A stretch of DNA of 64,000 bases, taken from NCBI GenBank assembly GCA_964276515.1, contig OZ193909.1, forward strand, positions 7,378,001 to 7,442,000, given 5' to 3'. The stretch comes from Gordius albopunctatus. Taxonomy: Eukaryota. The notes below the pieces were generated by a model that saw only the letters and a program-made list of their open reading frames with translations, ran no database searches and was not told where the DNA came from. A program made the position numbers and the translations under genes. This document shows positions 14,301 through 27,153 of the stretch, piece by piece (the stretch's first letter is position 1; each line of letters opens with the position of its first letter).

Positions 14301-17300
14301 TCATCTTAATAATATAGGAGCAATCATTTTAAAAAAGTTGAATTGTTTTTGTTAGTTTTGTTGCATTGAAAGCATAAATTTATTGGTAATAATTTAGTGA
14401 AGAAGAAAATCATGAAATTTGAAGCTTAATTTATATAAATATAGGGACATTTTATGTCAAATCGCCAGGTTTCAGCCGATCCCCTCAGATTTTTAGGAAT
14501 TTGGTAAAAATTTAGAAATTATTGATATTATGAAATGAAAATTTCGGCTCATTTGGTCACTATTTTTCGAATTGTAGGGGCTCAAAGGTCGAAAATTGGT
14601 CTTTTAAGGCACGGGTCATGAATTCACCCCCTAATTATAAAATCATGCTTTAGTGACAGGACAGGTGAGGCCTGTCCTAATAAAAAATTGAAAAATTTTT
14701 GTTGGTCGATTGGTCATCTAATAATAGCCGAAATGCCATTTCTACCGTAGACTAGTCCCAAATCTTTTACAATAAAAGACAAATCTTTTTTACCAGCTAT
14801 ATAAAATACCAAAATAAAAATGGCAGAAGCGACCATCCGGAAACGGTCAAAAAAGGCAAATAGAGACTTTTATCACTTTTGGCGCCGAAAAGGGCGCAAA
14901 AATTTTATCGTTGCTATTAAAGCAACTATATGTTTTTTTATAAAGCTAGTTTATCGATAAATACTGAACATAATATTAAATACTAGCTGTACCCGGCCAA
15001 GCGTTGCTTTGGCTCAGTCCTTAAGTGGTTAAATAAGTATAACCTATTAATAGGACTTATCTAAAATGGGGTCATATATGAAATAATAATTCAAATAAAT
15101 AAAATATCCATAATATTTATTTAGAGCACGAATTTTATCACGTCATGGATTTTATGAACCCACTATTTTTAGTATATATATAATAAGACTAACCAAATGC
15201 GAATTTAGTTTTAGTCATCAAATTCGACTAAAATTAAATGTTTTTGAAAAAATTGCTGATTAATGCTGTTACTTATTATACAATAAAACCATTATTTTAT
15301 TTTTCTAGTTAGCTGATTTATTTGAAATACAATTTTCTTTAATATAATAAAATAATTAATTGAAGGATGTATAATTATTAAAAATATGCTTCTATGATCG
15401 ACCACGTGATAATAATTTAAATATTATTTATTTAATTTAAATGGTTTGTTAAACCCCAATAATTTTGACCGTAGACTGTAACATGTTTATTATACTTTTA
15501 AATATCTAATTCGAAAAAACTTCAGCCTTGTATGTATGACGTCATTATTGTAAATGATGCTATAAATGAAAGTGGCCGGGAAATGTCCGATATTTTTAAA
15601 ACGAAAAGGTATTTTAGGAATCTGAAAAGGCTATTTTACCCCTGGCCGCCCTGGGAACCTACGGGTAAAGTTTCGAGCGAATTGGGCCGGTAGTTTTAGA
15701 ATTAAGCCCTTTTTTAAAACTAAAAGGAATTTTAGGATTCTGCAAAAGCTATTAATTTAAATTGTATTTATTTAATTTAAATAGTTGATTCAACCCCAAT
15801 AATTTTGACCGTATACTGTAACATTTTGATTATACTTTTAAATATCTAATTCAAGAAAACTTCAGCCTTGTATGTATGACGTCATTATTGTATATGCTGC
15901 TATAAATTAAACTGGCCGGGAAATGTGCGATATTTTTAAAACGAAGAAGTATTTTAGGAATCAGAAAAAGCTATTTTACCCCTGGCATCCCTGGGCATCT
16001 ACGGCTAAATTTTCGCGCAAATCGGGCCGGTAGTTTCAGAATTAAGCCATTTTTTAAAACTTAAATACCCATATTTTTAAAACTAAAAGGAATTTTAGGA
16101 TTCCGAAAAAGCTATTTTACCCCTGGCCGCCCTGGGAACCTACGGGTAAATTTTCGCGCGAATCGGACCAGTAGTTTCAGAATTAAGCCATTTTTTAAAA
16201 CTTAAAGACCCATATTTTTAAAACTAAAAGGAATTTTATGATTCTGAAAAAGCTATTTTACCCCTGGCCGCCCTGGGAACACTCGAGTAAATTTTCACGC
16301 GAATCGGGCAGGTAGTTTCAGAATTTAGCCCTTACATACATACACACATACATAGACTTTATATATATAGATTACAATTATATAATAATATTAAAAAACA
16401 TTATATATAAGTAATATGTCTTCATCTTCATTTTTTAGAGGAGGCCAATCCAAAAAGATTTGAAATTAAATTTTGCTATGTAAATTGCAGTTGATTGCTT
16501 CAATAAAAAAGCGGGGGAGGATTTAGAGGGAGGGGATCGCCTACCTATTTTTTTGAATAAAGCCAACGCCAGTTTTACAGAATCCTGAACAGGAGGAAAC
16601 TATTGTGATAAAATTCTAGCCTCCAAGAGGGCCTTGTATTTTTTGAGCTTCCGTTCTTCGGCGAGGGCTATGGGGTCATAATCAAGATTAGAGGGGAAAT
16701 AAGTCAATGCATTTAAAATCCGATTATAAAAGGAGGCCGTTTTCCAATACCACAATCCCTCCCTCCCATTTTCCAAAAAATTTTTAATCGAGATAAATCA
16801 AAATAGCGAATGACTTTTTTGGGCAATAACATTATTATTTTTAGAAAAATCATTGAGTTTAATATTATTTTTTATATATTTCTTATTGGAGACCTGCAAC
16901 GGGCCTGTTTAGGTCACTCGGTCCGCCTGTTATAAAAATTTACAAGCCCGGACCCGTCAAAATATTAAATTATAGCCACAGGCCTCGCCCACTTATTACA
17001 AAGACCGAGCCCGGGCCCGTATAAAACGTTTTTTTATTGTTTAATTTTACAAATTTGTTAAACAATTTACATGTGTTTAAAATGTTAATAATAATATTGT
17101 AAAAAAATTTATTAATAATTCCTGGTCAGACGAGTTCCTTTTTCTTTAACGAAGCGACCTACAAGAAAAAATTGCTTCTACAATTGGTACTTGAACTCGG
17201 GATTAGGGCCCTGAAAAAAGGAATTTTATCGGCCCGAGCCCGACACTTTTTATTATATATTGCCCAAGCCCGGCCCGACTTTTTTGAAATGTAAATTTAC

Positions 17301-20300
17301 AAAAAAATTTTGCCCACCCTTTTATTTAACATAAAATATTTTGTTTCCTTTAAATAGCCTAATCATCAAAGGAATTAGTAAAAAGTTTTGAAAAATCTTT
17401 TAGCTAGATCTTGTCTCGGATCGGGTTGATCCATCAGGCCAAACCCGAGCCCGATTATTTTTAATTTTTGGCCCAAGCACGGCCCGTCATCGGGCGGACT
17501 TTGGACGGCCCCTGTAGGGCTCTAGTCGGGATTTATAAAACCATTTATGCCAAATAAACTTTTAAAACCTTTATTCAAGTTTATAATGTTTTTAAAGTTA
17601 CTTGGCTTCTTTGCTTTTTGACAATTATAAATCTTTTAGGCTATTGATATCTTCTTCTTTATCGTGTTGAAAATCTCACAGACGTGGGGTACGTTTTCAG
17701 CAGCCTCTTCCATCTGAGTCGTGTGAATGCCATGCCAATTTCCATCTGTTTGACGTCCATATCCTTTTCGACCAGTCGTTTCCAGGTGGCACGTGGTCTG
17801 CCCCTTCCTCTTCTTCCAGGCACGTCCATCTCCAGCGTTCGGCGTGTGACATCGTCTTCGTCTCTTCGTACATGGCCGTACCACCGCAGTCGATTTTCTC
17901 TTAAGAAGTCCTTCGTCGCTTGTATACCCATCTTTGTCATCAAGGATTCGTTCGTCTTGCGATCCAGCTTGGTGTAGCCTAAGCTCCATCGCACCATTCT
18001 CATTTCCGTGACTTGCAAGAGTTTCTCCTCCGCAGTGGTTACAGCCCATGTTTCGCTCCCGTAAAGCAAGACCGGTCGCACGATGGTTTTGTACGCCTTG
18101 CTTTTCAACCAAATTGGTATCTTTTTGTCACACATGACACCGGAGATGCTGCGCCACTTGAGCCATGCTTTCTTGATCCGAGAATGGACTTCGGCGGTAC
18201 ATCCTCCCTCTTGATGTAATAGCGAGCCAAGATATGTGAACTTATCAACCTCCGTGTACCTTGGACCGTCAATTTTGTGCATTTGCGGACTACCGCCCAT
18301 CGTTTGCATGTAAACCGTTTTCTTCTCGCTGACCTTTAACCCGAATTCCGAGAAACGTTCTGACCATTTTTTCGCCTGATGAAAAACCCCTTCTCTTGTT
18401 TCATCGCATAGGACAATATCGTCGGCATATAGCATAGTCCAAGAGGCTGGCTTGTGCAAGTCCTTTGTTATTGTATCCATAATTAGATTAAACAAGAATG
18501 GGCTTAACGCTGATCCTTGATGTAGTCCGATCATTATTCGGAAGGGTTTCGTTACTCCTACGGTAGTCCTAACAGATGCAACCGCGCCATTATACATTTC
18601 CTTGATAAGTCGAACATATCCTTCGGGTATATTTCTGGCTCTAAGGGACCACCATATTAAGTCTCTCGGAATCGTATCGTAGGCCTTTTCTAAATCGATG
18701 AAGACCATGTGTAATTTATTTCTTATGTCGCCATATTTTTCCATCGTCTGCTTCAACGCAAAGATTGAGTCCATCGTTGATTTACCGGCCACAAATCCAA
18801 ACTGATTGGGCGAGAGACAAACTTCGTCATTGAGCCTTTTCACTAGCACCCTTTCTAGTAGTTTTAGTGAGTGGCAGGTCAACTTGATACCTCTAAAGTT
18901 GCCACATTCCTGCGCGTCTCCTTTACCTTTGTATATGGGTATGATCGTACTTTCCCTCCATTGGTCAGGGATACGACTCTCATACAGCATAGCGTTAAAT
19001 AGGCCTGTCATTATGTCGATTCCTTCTCCTTTGCACCCAAGCCAAGCTTCGATCGGTAGATCATCGGGACGTAGCGCTTTCCCTTTCCGCACCTTCGTTA
19101 GTTGTGCTCCTATTTCATAAGCCTGAAATGGTAAAACCAAGTTCGAGTTCGGTTCCACCCTCTCTAGCGGTCTTCTATCATTTGTTTTGTTCATCATATT
19201 TTGGAAATAATCTTTCCATCTTTTGATGACTTCCTTCGGTTTGCACAACGTTCGTCCCTCTTCGCTTTTAATGACTTTAAGTGTCCCGACATCTCGACTT
19301 TTTTACTCCCTGATCTTTGCGAGTTTATACATGACTATGTCGCCGCCCTTGGTATCGAGCTTGTTTGCCATCTCGGTGTAAGCGTTGTTCTTCGCTATCG
19401 CGACCGCTATCTTAGCTTTGCGTTTCGCTTCACGATATGCCTCGTAGTCTTCTCCTTTCTTCGTTTTGTACCATCGTAGGTACAACGTCTTCTTTTCTTC
19501 TATAACCTCTTTGACCGAGTCATTCCACCACCATAGTTCACGCTTGTGAGCTCTGCCGCCCTTAGTTCGTCCCAATATTTGTAAGGCCGTTTCCTTTAGA
19601 ACATTTGCAACGGTGCCCCACCTTTTGTTAATGTCGCCCTCCAAGCCTGCAACCTTCAAGAGCGGAGTTGCTCGAGTGTGAAACATTTCATTTGCATGAT
19701 CATCCTTAAGCTTTTCGTACTTTGTCCTTGGTGTGTAGACTTTTCTCCTTACGGGAAAAATCTTTCTTGCTATATCGAGGACAACTGGCCGATGTTGTTT
19801 GGCGATTTCTTCCCCCGGTATAACCTTGCAATCTTTAACTTGCCACAAATTTATGCGCTTCACTAATATGTAGTCGACCTGTGTAAGGTGATTTCCACTA
19901 CTGTACGTCGCTAAATGTTCGGTACGCTTCTGAAAGAAGGTATTCACAATGGCCATATCGTAAGCTTGCGCCATCTGTAGTAACTTCTCTCCCTCTTTAT
20001 TTTTCACTCCATAGCCATGCCCGCCGTGATTTCGTTCTTACACGCCCCTTTCTTTCCCAACGTGCCCATTAAAGTCTGCTCCGATGATGAGATTCTCGTC
20101 AGGCTTCACGTAGCGTATTTCTTCTTCGAGCTTCTCATAGAAATCGTCCTTCTCGTTTTCGGAACATCCAACCTGGGGCGAATACGCACAAATAACATTG
20201 ACAAGGCCGCCTTGATCCGCCAGCTTTATGCACATCAATCTATCCGAGCATCGTTTGACTTCGACTACCTTGTCCTTAAAGGAATCGCTAAGCACTATAC

Positions 20301-23194
20301 CGACCCCGTTCTTCCGTGATGGGGAACCCGAGTAGTACAGCTTGTAACCATCTCCTAGCTCCCTGGCTTTTGTTCCATGCCACCGTGTTTCTTGTAGACA
20401 CGCTATGTGTATCCTTCGTCTTTTTAGCATCTGCGCAACCTCGATGCTCTTCCCCGTCAGCGTGCCAACATTCCAGCTAGCCACTCTTGTCCGTTCGACA
20501 ACTAGGTTCCTTAACCGCCTTCGTTGTGAGTGAGGCGGTGACCCTTGTATACTTTTCACATTGCACGGGTGGATGATGCAATGCGCGTCGTTTGGGGAGG
20601 ACGCCCTAGCATTCTGGTATAAGTTCGTATTTGAAGCTGCCATGGTGTTTGGAGTTGCTTTTTACAGCCGGCTTCCGACCTGACGCCAACCCTCCACTTT
20701 TTTCACACGGACTTGGGACCGTCGTTAATTAAAAAATAAAGGAAACTTCAAGAAAATATAACAAAATTTGTTTTTTAATTTTTTAAGAGTTATGTATTAA
20801 TAATTGGATGTTATTTAAATGCTCAGTAATAAATTATGAAATGCCCAGTAAAATGTGCTCAGTATTTTATTAAAGTACCCAGTTAAAAATTCAAAATTGC
20901 TCAGTAAATTAACTTTAAAATGCTCAGCTTTAAATTAAAAAATGCTCAGTAATATAAATTAATAATTTGTGATATTAATTTATTTTACGGGGGTGATTTG
21001 CCCCCCCCCCTTTTACCCTCTTCTCAACCGGATTCTTTTTCTCACGTGAGGGTCAAATCACCCCCCTCCCCCTGGTGAGAAAGAGGACCAAAAAAGAAGG
21101 GGGAAAGCAAATCACCCCCCTCCTCTCCCCTGGTGAGGAAGAGGGCAAAAAAATAAGAGGGGGGGGGGGCAAATCACCCCCTCCCCCAGGTGAGAAAGAG
21201 GTAAAATTAAATTTCAGTTACTGAGCAAAAATTTACTGAGCAGCATAGAAATAATAACTGAGCAAATAATCTAAATTACTATTAGTGAGCATTTAATTAT
21301 TCCACTGAGCAAAAATTAAATTAAATACTGAGCACAATAATTTGTTGTTTTTATAATTTTAGGCAATATTAAATTAATTCACTCAATATTGCTAGATGTT
21401 ATAAATGGGGATGCAAAGATAGGCAGCTGCCCCACCCCCAAAATTTCTTGTTATAAAAACATTTTTTGACCTACCTAAACTGCCCCCTTCTAATTTGAAT
21501 TGGCTACGCACATGGGGTTATGTGTATAAATAATCTAACCCATTTATGGTGGGGGTTGAGATATTGATGAATGAATAAACTAAGATGGAAATAAAATTTA
21601 ACAATTCATAACTAATCATCAAAATATAACTAAAAACCCATTTTGTAGCTTATTTAGGTAAAAAAAATCACTCGTTTTCTTGATGTGTTTTGATTTGAAA
21701 TTGGTAGATGGGGGTAGGGATTGGGGTGTGGTATTAATCCATAGCAAAATTATTATTATTATTATGGATACTTATAGTATGAGACTGCTTAAAGAGCAAT
21801 CAAAGATTATTTTGTGGTAGTTTTAACAATAAAAGTGATATGGTACATATTTTTGCTTCTTTTTGACCATTGCTGGATGGTTGCCCAACTCCTCTTTTAT
21901 TTAAATTGTTATATAAGTGGTAAAAAACATTTTTTTAATTTTTAAAAGGTTTGGGACTAGTCAATGGTAGAAATGACATATTGCCTTTATGAGATGATCA
22001 ATAAACCTACAAATATTGAGATAGGTCTTATCTGTCACTACACAACATTTGATGATTGAATTTAGCATCATGATCTGATGCAATGAAGTAAAAGATTGGT
22101 GTTTGATCTTTGAGCCCCAAATAGGCTAAAAATTTCATAATTAAAAAATATGAATAGTTTTTAAGTTTTCACCAAATTTCATATAAATCTGAGGGGGTTG
22201 GCCAAAAACGCGTTATGATCTAATAGATAAGGAATACCCCTATGTTGGAATAATAGAATTTAGAACTGCAACCCTGGTTTCAGCTTGTAACATTCAAGAT
22301 TACAATCAATCTCTATGCTAATATTATGTCATTCTTTAAAAATAGTTTAATATTATCCTCAATGGTGCAAAAATAACTCTAATTATAACATTATCTTTAA
22401 TGAGTGACTAAGGACTTTAGTTTAAATACTTTTAAATGTGTATAATTTAATGCTTATCAATTGTCATTCTACAAAAATATTGTCACACCCCCCACAATCA
22501 CTTGCAAATCTATTTAGTTCCTCAAATGGATACAAAATAAAAGTCCTCAATTTTTTGGGTAATACTATTGAAATTCATTTATACAGATTTTGTTAATCAT
22601 ATGACATAAAAGAAAAAAATATCATAAAATTAAATAACAATCAGCCTACTTTGGTTTTATTAATTTGGAGGAGCATATGTTGTTGTCCCAAAAATAATTT
22701 TCATGGTTATTAAAAATTGATAGTATAGTTTTCTTTATACTTTCGAAATTATTTTTAATAACAACCTCTTTAATACTAATTCTATCAGTTTCTTTTCCAG
22801 ATGGATCCCCAATTTTGGTTGTGGCCTCACCTAACTATTAAATAAATTTTTAGAATTAAAAATAATTAAGCAATTCAATTAACATAGCAGAGGTATCTTA
22901 CAACAATATGTGATTGATGACCATGTCTTTGCCACCTTATAAGTGCAAGAATAATCAAGAGATTTCCTAGGTGAACATTTTTAGCTGTTAAATCAATTCC
23001 AGTATATATATTAATTGGAAATTTAGAGTCGATCGTGTTTTCTCTAGTATTGTATTTAAAAATTTATAAAAAAGTTACTTAATATTTGGCAAAATAGTTT
23101 TAATTAATTTCCTAGCCTTAAGTTCATAAATAATATTTTTAGTTAGTTGAGAGATTGCACGAGTGCAAATATGGCAAAATTTTGAATTTCGCAT
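11373..23194 (-). CDS. YARS2: Mitochondrial tyrosyl-tRNA synthetase, 11 exons: 23194-23079, 23043-22902, 22834-22650, 13918-13817, 13777-13654, 13518-13440, 13344-13235, 12826-12728, 12120-11805, 11639-11463, 11419-11373 (~498 aa)
   Basis: Manual GT-AG splicing gives one continuous frame. It contains a basic N-terminus (MRNSKFCHICTRAISQL), YTGIDLTAKNVHLGN (HIGH motif), LGEATTKIGDPSGK, GSHFRMGTML, FREFTYQVFQAYDW, Q|IGGSDQMGN, GEKHSKSVGNVVWLD..TSPFTFYQ, PEKRIGQTLLAEAMTTLVHG and ISLLKIGKRRYIVIKW*. All exon phases are compatible. Confidence 0.95.
14983..16371 (-). mobile_element. Non-autonomous Helitron-like element with internal tandem repeats
   Basis: On the minus strand it begins TC and ends CTAG, inserted between A and T. 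Subterminal hairpin GCCAA..TTGGC, (CATA)n near the 5' end, ~141-bp tandem units (15951, 16092, 16233) and a ~340-bp duplication. Confidence 0.8.
16887..17524. mobile_element. hAT-family MITE (CCCG repeats) in YARS2 intron 3
   Basis: TGGAGACCTGCA...TGTAGGGCTCTA termini and GGCCCGAGCCCG repeats like 54854-55930; no matching TSD seen. Confidence 0.65.
17651..20725 (-). mobile_element. RTE-clade LINE copy 1 (APE endonuclease + RT), near full length, inside YARS2 intron 3
   Basis: ORFs 20643-20038, 20007-19303 and 19248-17659 share one frame, interrupted only by TAA at 20038 and 19303. APE motifs SWNVGTL, CLQETRW, GADFNGHVG, TQVDY; RT motifs GLHQGSALSP, LYADD; C-terminal RGRGRPR; short (AAG)n tail. 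Confidence 0.95.
20686..20725 (-). ncRNA. 5'-truncated twister ribozyme at the 5' end of RTE copy 1
   Basis: ACGACGGUCCCAAGUCCGUGUGAAAAAAGUGGAGGGUUGG matches copy 2 but lacks the 5' AACACUACCU, which carries the cleavage-site A and the 5' strands of P2 and the AC pseudoknot. Confidence 0.85.
20818..21336. repeat. MITE-like block with opposed TGCTCAGT / ACTGAGCA arrays and central ~62-bp tandem units
   Basis: Several TGCTCAG copies on the left and ACTGAGCA copies on the right; CAAATCACCCCC..GGTGAG.AAGAGG three times. Confidence 0.65.
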
Positions 23195-24950
23195 ATGACT
23201 TTGGTGAAAGCCGCTAATGACGATAGTGTTGCCCTATCAACTCGCCGGAAATTATCTTGCCAAATTCATCCTGGGACATTAACGATTATTCCACTCAATT
23301 ATAAATTTGAAATTTAAAACCTAAATTTTAACTTTAATCTGAAATTTAATAATTAATAAGCTTTTTTGCTGGTTGAAATTTTCAAGAGGACATTTTTTAA
23401 CCCTGCGACATTCATTTCGGCAAGATTTCGGCAAGTTGATCCGCCAAAAATCTTAATATTCAAATTTATATGCAAATTTAATATAAAAAATACCACAAAA
23501 TTATTCGTTTTTAAAGAATGTATCAATTGACAATAAACATAAAATTTAGACATAAATTTGTAAGAATATTTAAAATAATTAAGGTTTAAAGTTGGGCAAA
23601 CATTTGAATCTGAAAACGCCAAATTATTAACAACATAAATTGTGTACTTATAATATCTTATTGAAGTATAATAATTAACCTTTAATATCATAATTTATTG
23701 AACTCAAAGAAGAATATGATGACGATAAATTGATTATTAAATATTAAGATGCAAAGGCGTATATCGCAAAAAACAATAAATTTTTAAAAAAATTTTTGTG
23801 TGCCAATTCTTCATATATTGCATGGTCGTAAAATTCGTGGAAGGAACCATGCCTTTTTTACGACGTGGGAAAAGGAGTCGAGTGGAACAAAAACAATTTG
23901 CCCATATACTAAAACTAAAATTAAGATAAAATTTCTAATGTTGAAATCATTATAATAATATTAAAGGACAATACAAAGCGTTTAATTTATTGAGTAATTT
24001 TATGTTTTTAATAATGCCATGCACAATGTTTATATGAGAAATTCAAACATTACACATATTCAAGATTGAGCTAATAAAAAATTTACGTTTATTTTAAAAG
24101 AAGTGCATAGGATTGATTAAAATATATAACTTAAATGTAAATAGTACATGATCGAATTCGGAGAGAGCACGACTTAGCAATAAATTGGTGATCACTACTA
24201 CTTTGCCAAACTGAAACAGCACATTAGGTTGTTAAAATAAAATCAATCATGGTAAAAAAATTAACAAATGCAGATATTAAACTCGAATCGCTTTCATAGA
24301 CAAATTTAAAATATTTAGTTACAGGTTGGTTGATATTTGGAAACCTTTTCTATAAATTGCTGATTTTATGTAGCAAATGGAAAACAATGCCTCATTTTAG
24401 ATGAATCAGTGGCAGGGATGGACAAGCAATTTTTGGGCGGTAATATCAAAATCCTGGACCGGTTTGGGTGCATAAAGGGACATTAATGTAGATTTTATAG
24501 AGGTTTATTACTAATTTAAGTAGCGAAGAGTTGGACTTTTTAATATAAAAGAGTGACGAAGTGCTCAAATCTCTAAAGATTACCAGGAAAGCCTTTAATC
24601 TTGAGGAGAAAATCAAAATAAAAAGCAAATTTGTATTTTTTAAACGCATGGACAAATTTTTAAAACGGGAACCGACAAATTAGGAAGGAAAAGCAGCGAA
24701 ATTAGTCAAAACGGATTAAAATTCGTCGAAATTCATTATGATTTAACATAAGTTTTTTATATTGTGAAATTAAATTTTTATCATTGTACATTTATATCTA
24801 ATTAGAAAATATTTACTAATTAATTATTTATTAACTTTTTCATTTAGATACGAATATTATTTAATATTGATTTTCAGTAATTTTGTATCAATCCTTTATA
24901 TCTTGAATATGGTAAAATTAAGTTGCTTATGTGAATTTACGTATTGTCAC

Positions 24951-25132
24951 TAGAGACCTGCAAAATCGATTTTTTAAGGGCCGGCCCGAGCCCGGAATCT
25001 AAAATGGAAAAAAATCAGGCCCAGCTCAGGCCCTAATTTTATTATCTATAAAAACAAGCCGCAAGCCCGGCCCGAAATTTCACAACCTCAAAATTACAGG
25101 CAGCTCCTTAGGCCGCCCCGTGCAGGTCTCTA
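24951..25132. mobile_element. Short hAT MITE
   Basis: TIRs TAGAGACCTGCA / TGCAGGTCTCTA with perfect TSD ATTGTCAC. Confidence 0.9.
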
Positions 25133-25714
25133 ATTGTCACAAAAAATTAATATAAGAAACAAGTACAGCTATTTAATTTTTAAAGGCATAGATAATTTTT
25201 TAAAGATGTAAGCTAAATTTATGTTAAATAGTTGCTTTTAGATAAATTATTAATAATGTTGATATAAAACTCCATTTAATATTGAAAGGAAGATAATTTT
25301 TTTAAGTTTAGATTTAAGCGAAGTACTAGGCAATTTATTGGCTCGCTTTTTGTTGTCCGTCCGTCCAACGTTCTTAAATGCTGGTTCGATACCCGGAGAG
25401 GGCAAATTTTTTTTAAAATTAAATTAATATATTGTTCTTGTTAATACTATTAATAATATGACTTTTGGACCGTGTCCTGGCTACTGACCAATGAAAAAAT
25501 GACCATTGGCCAAATTGTGATTCGAAATTTTTTTTTTGAATTGGTATATTAGGTTAACATTGATAATTACCCTATGCCCCCCCCCTACAAGGGCCTATGC
25601 CTCTACTGATATGGGCTATATAATACCTTGTTATAATATAGAATCAAATATATTAATAAGAAATAGGATGAAGGAATGAATATAATTAGAAGAACGATAA
25701 TTATAATGAAAAAT

Positions 25715-25910
25715 TTCCAATAGTTGTTTGTCACACTAAGGTGGTCAGGTTCTTTAGATACTTGGATATGGGGCGATGCTCGGCTATCCAGGGCTGATAG
25801 CTGTGGTGACGATGTGATTTTAATCTTTTTTAAATAAGTGCCAGAGGCGGGATCGAACCTGTGAGCTCTTGCTTCAAAGACTAAACCTCTACCGACTACG
25901 CCACCCCACC
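25715..25910 (-). mobile_element. tRNA-derived SINE or tRNA pseudogene head plus body
   Basis: A box TGGCGTAGTCGG and B box GGTTCGATCCC at tRNA spacing, anticodon-like loop CTTTGAA, but the acceptor and anticodon stems do not pair. Confidence 0.6.
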
Positions 25911-27153
25911 ACGCCCCGATAAGGATAATTATAATGAATCTATATTAAATAACACGGCCAGGGGTAAAGGCATAGTTAGACTAAAGAAAAGGCGGTTTTA
26001 TAAAATCATATGGTTTTTACCAACTCGCCTTTAGTCTACAATATTAATTTATATAATTATAGTAATAATGTAATCTGTAGAAAATGTTATACAAAGAAAA
26101 GTTATACTAAATTAAACTATTCTTCTTTCACGTATTCACATATACGACAATCCTATTTGTCTAAGAATTTTGGTAGAACCCATCACGGTTTGATAAGGAA
26201 ATTGCCCGTCAGGGCCAGCCCAAATTCTTTATTTGCCCAATTAACTAATGCTGTCCAAACTGCTGGGTCAAAAACGACGATTTCCAATTTCAGACATTCA
26301 TTTTGTCATATTTTCGAAAAATTTTGAATTAATCCTAGAATTTTTATGAATAGAAAAGCGAAAAAAATTAGTATACTATATAAAAACCTTATTACTATCG
26401 TGTCCGTCCGGCCTACTTGAAAATCTTAATTTTCGACTATTGTCTGCCCGTCCTTATGGCCGAGTGGGTTCAGTAGCGGGATTTTTGATTGTTTAATTTC
26501 TATTTTTGATTAAAAAAATGTAAAAATATTTTTGGAACCTCCCCCACTTGAGAAATCCTGACTACGCCCCCGATTGGATATGAACAATATTGCTAGTAAG
26601 TTAATAATTATATACATGTTATATAATATAATTATATTTCATTGTTTATATATTGTATTTAGAAACAATAATCACAGAAGCTACAGAAGAAGTGATATGA
26701 CTCATTGTGCGGTTATACATTGCACTAATTCCAAGGAAAAAAAGAAAAATAATTTATATTTTAGTGCGGGCATATAATATCTTTTGTCCAAACAATAATA
26801 GTTTGTTTCATTAATCTATATTTAAATATTTTTAATATTATACCATATGCTAATATAATATTTAATCCTTTATACAAAGCATTTTTTTAATCCTATGACA
26901 TAGGTTTTATCTTGAAATTAAATTATGATAAATATTTAAAAAAATAGAGAGTATAAATAGATTACCATTATAACGTTAAAAAAGGTGGTTTGTTATATTC
27001 TTTCAACATGGCGGGCAAAACTGGCATCACTTTTTTAAAGATAAAAAATCTATTTAGTATTGTTATAACATTCTATATGATTTATATAGATGGTGTATCC
27101 GTTCCTCTTATTTATCCTCAATTTGTCTTAGCCTTTGCTTTACCTTCCATCAT

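Larger units (their letters stand above)
14444..22240. mobile_element. Old copy of the long-TIR family forming most of YARS2 intron 3 and hosting nested inserts
   Basis: Left arm 14444-~14980 (GGGACATTTTATGTCAAATCG) and a diverged inverted arm ~21800-22240 (..GGAATACCCC) are homologous to the 57674 and 59779 arms. Confidence 0.6.

Noticed and set aside
19303..20040. Two in-frame TAA codons in the otherwise intact RTE ORF, suggesting stop-codon reassignment or readthrough
   Set aside because: Copy 2 has Tyr at one site and Lys at the other, so they are independent nonsense mutations; host genes here also end in TAA.
17684..20319. Antisense ORFs over the retroelements (also over 35-37 kb and 41-43 kb)
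   Set aside because: Shadow frames of relatively GC-rich coding sequence with no recognisable motifs.
20660..20725. HDV-like or hammerhead ribozyme in the RTE 5'UTR
   Set aside because: No CUGAUGA/GAAA core or HDV nested double pseudoknot was found; the sequence fits twister instead.
25838..25910. Functional tRNA-Gln(TTG) gene
   Set aside because: The A and B boxes are present, but the acceptor and anticodon stems do not pair; treated as a SINE head or pseudogene.
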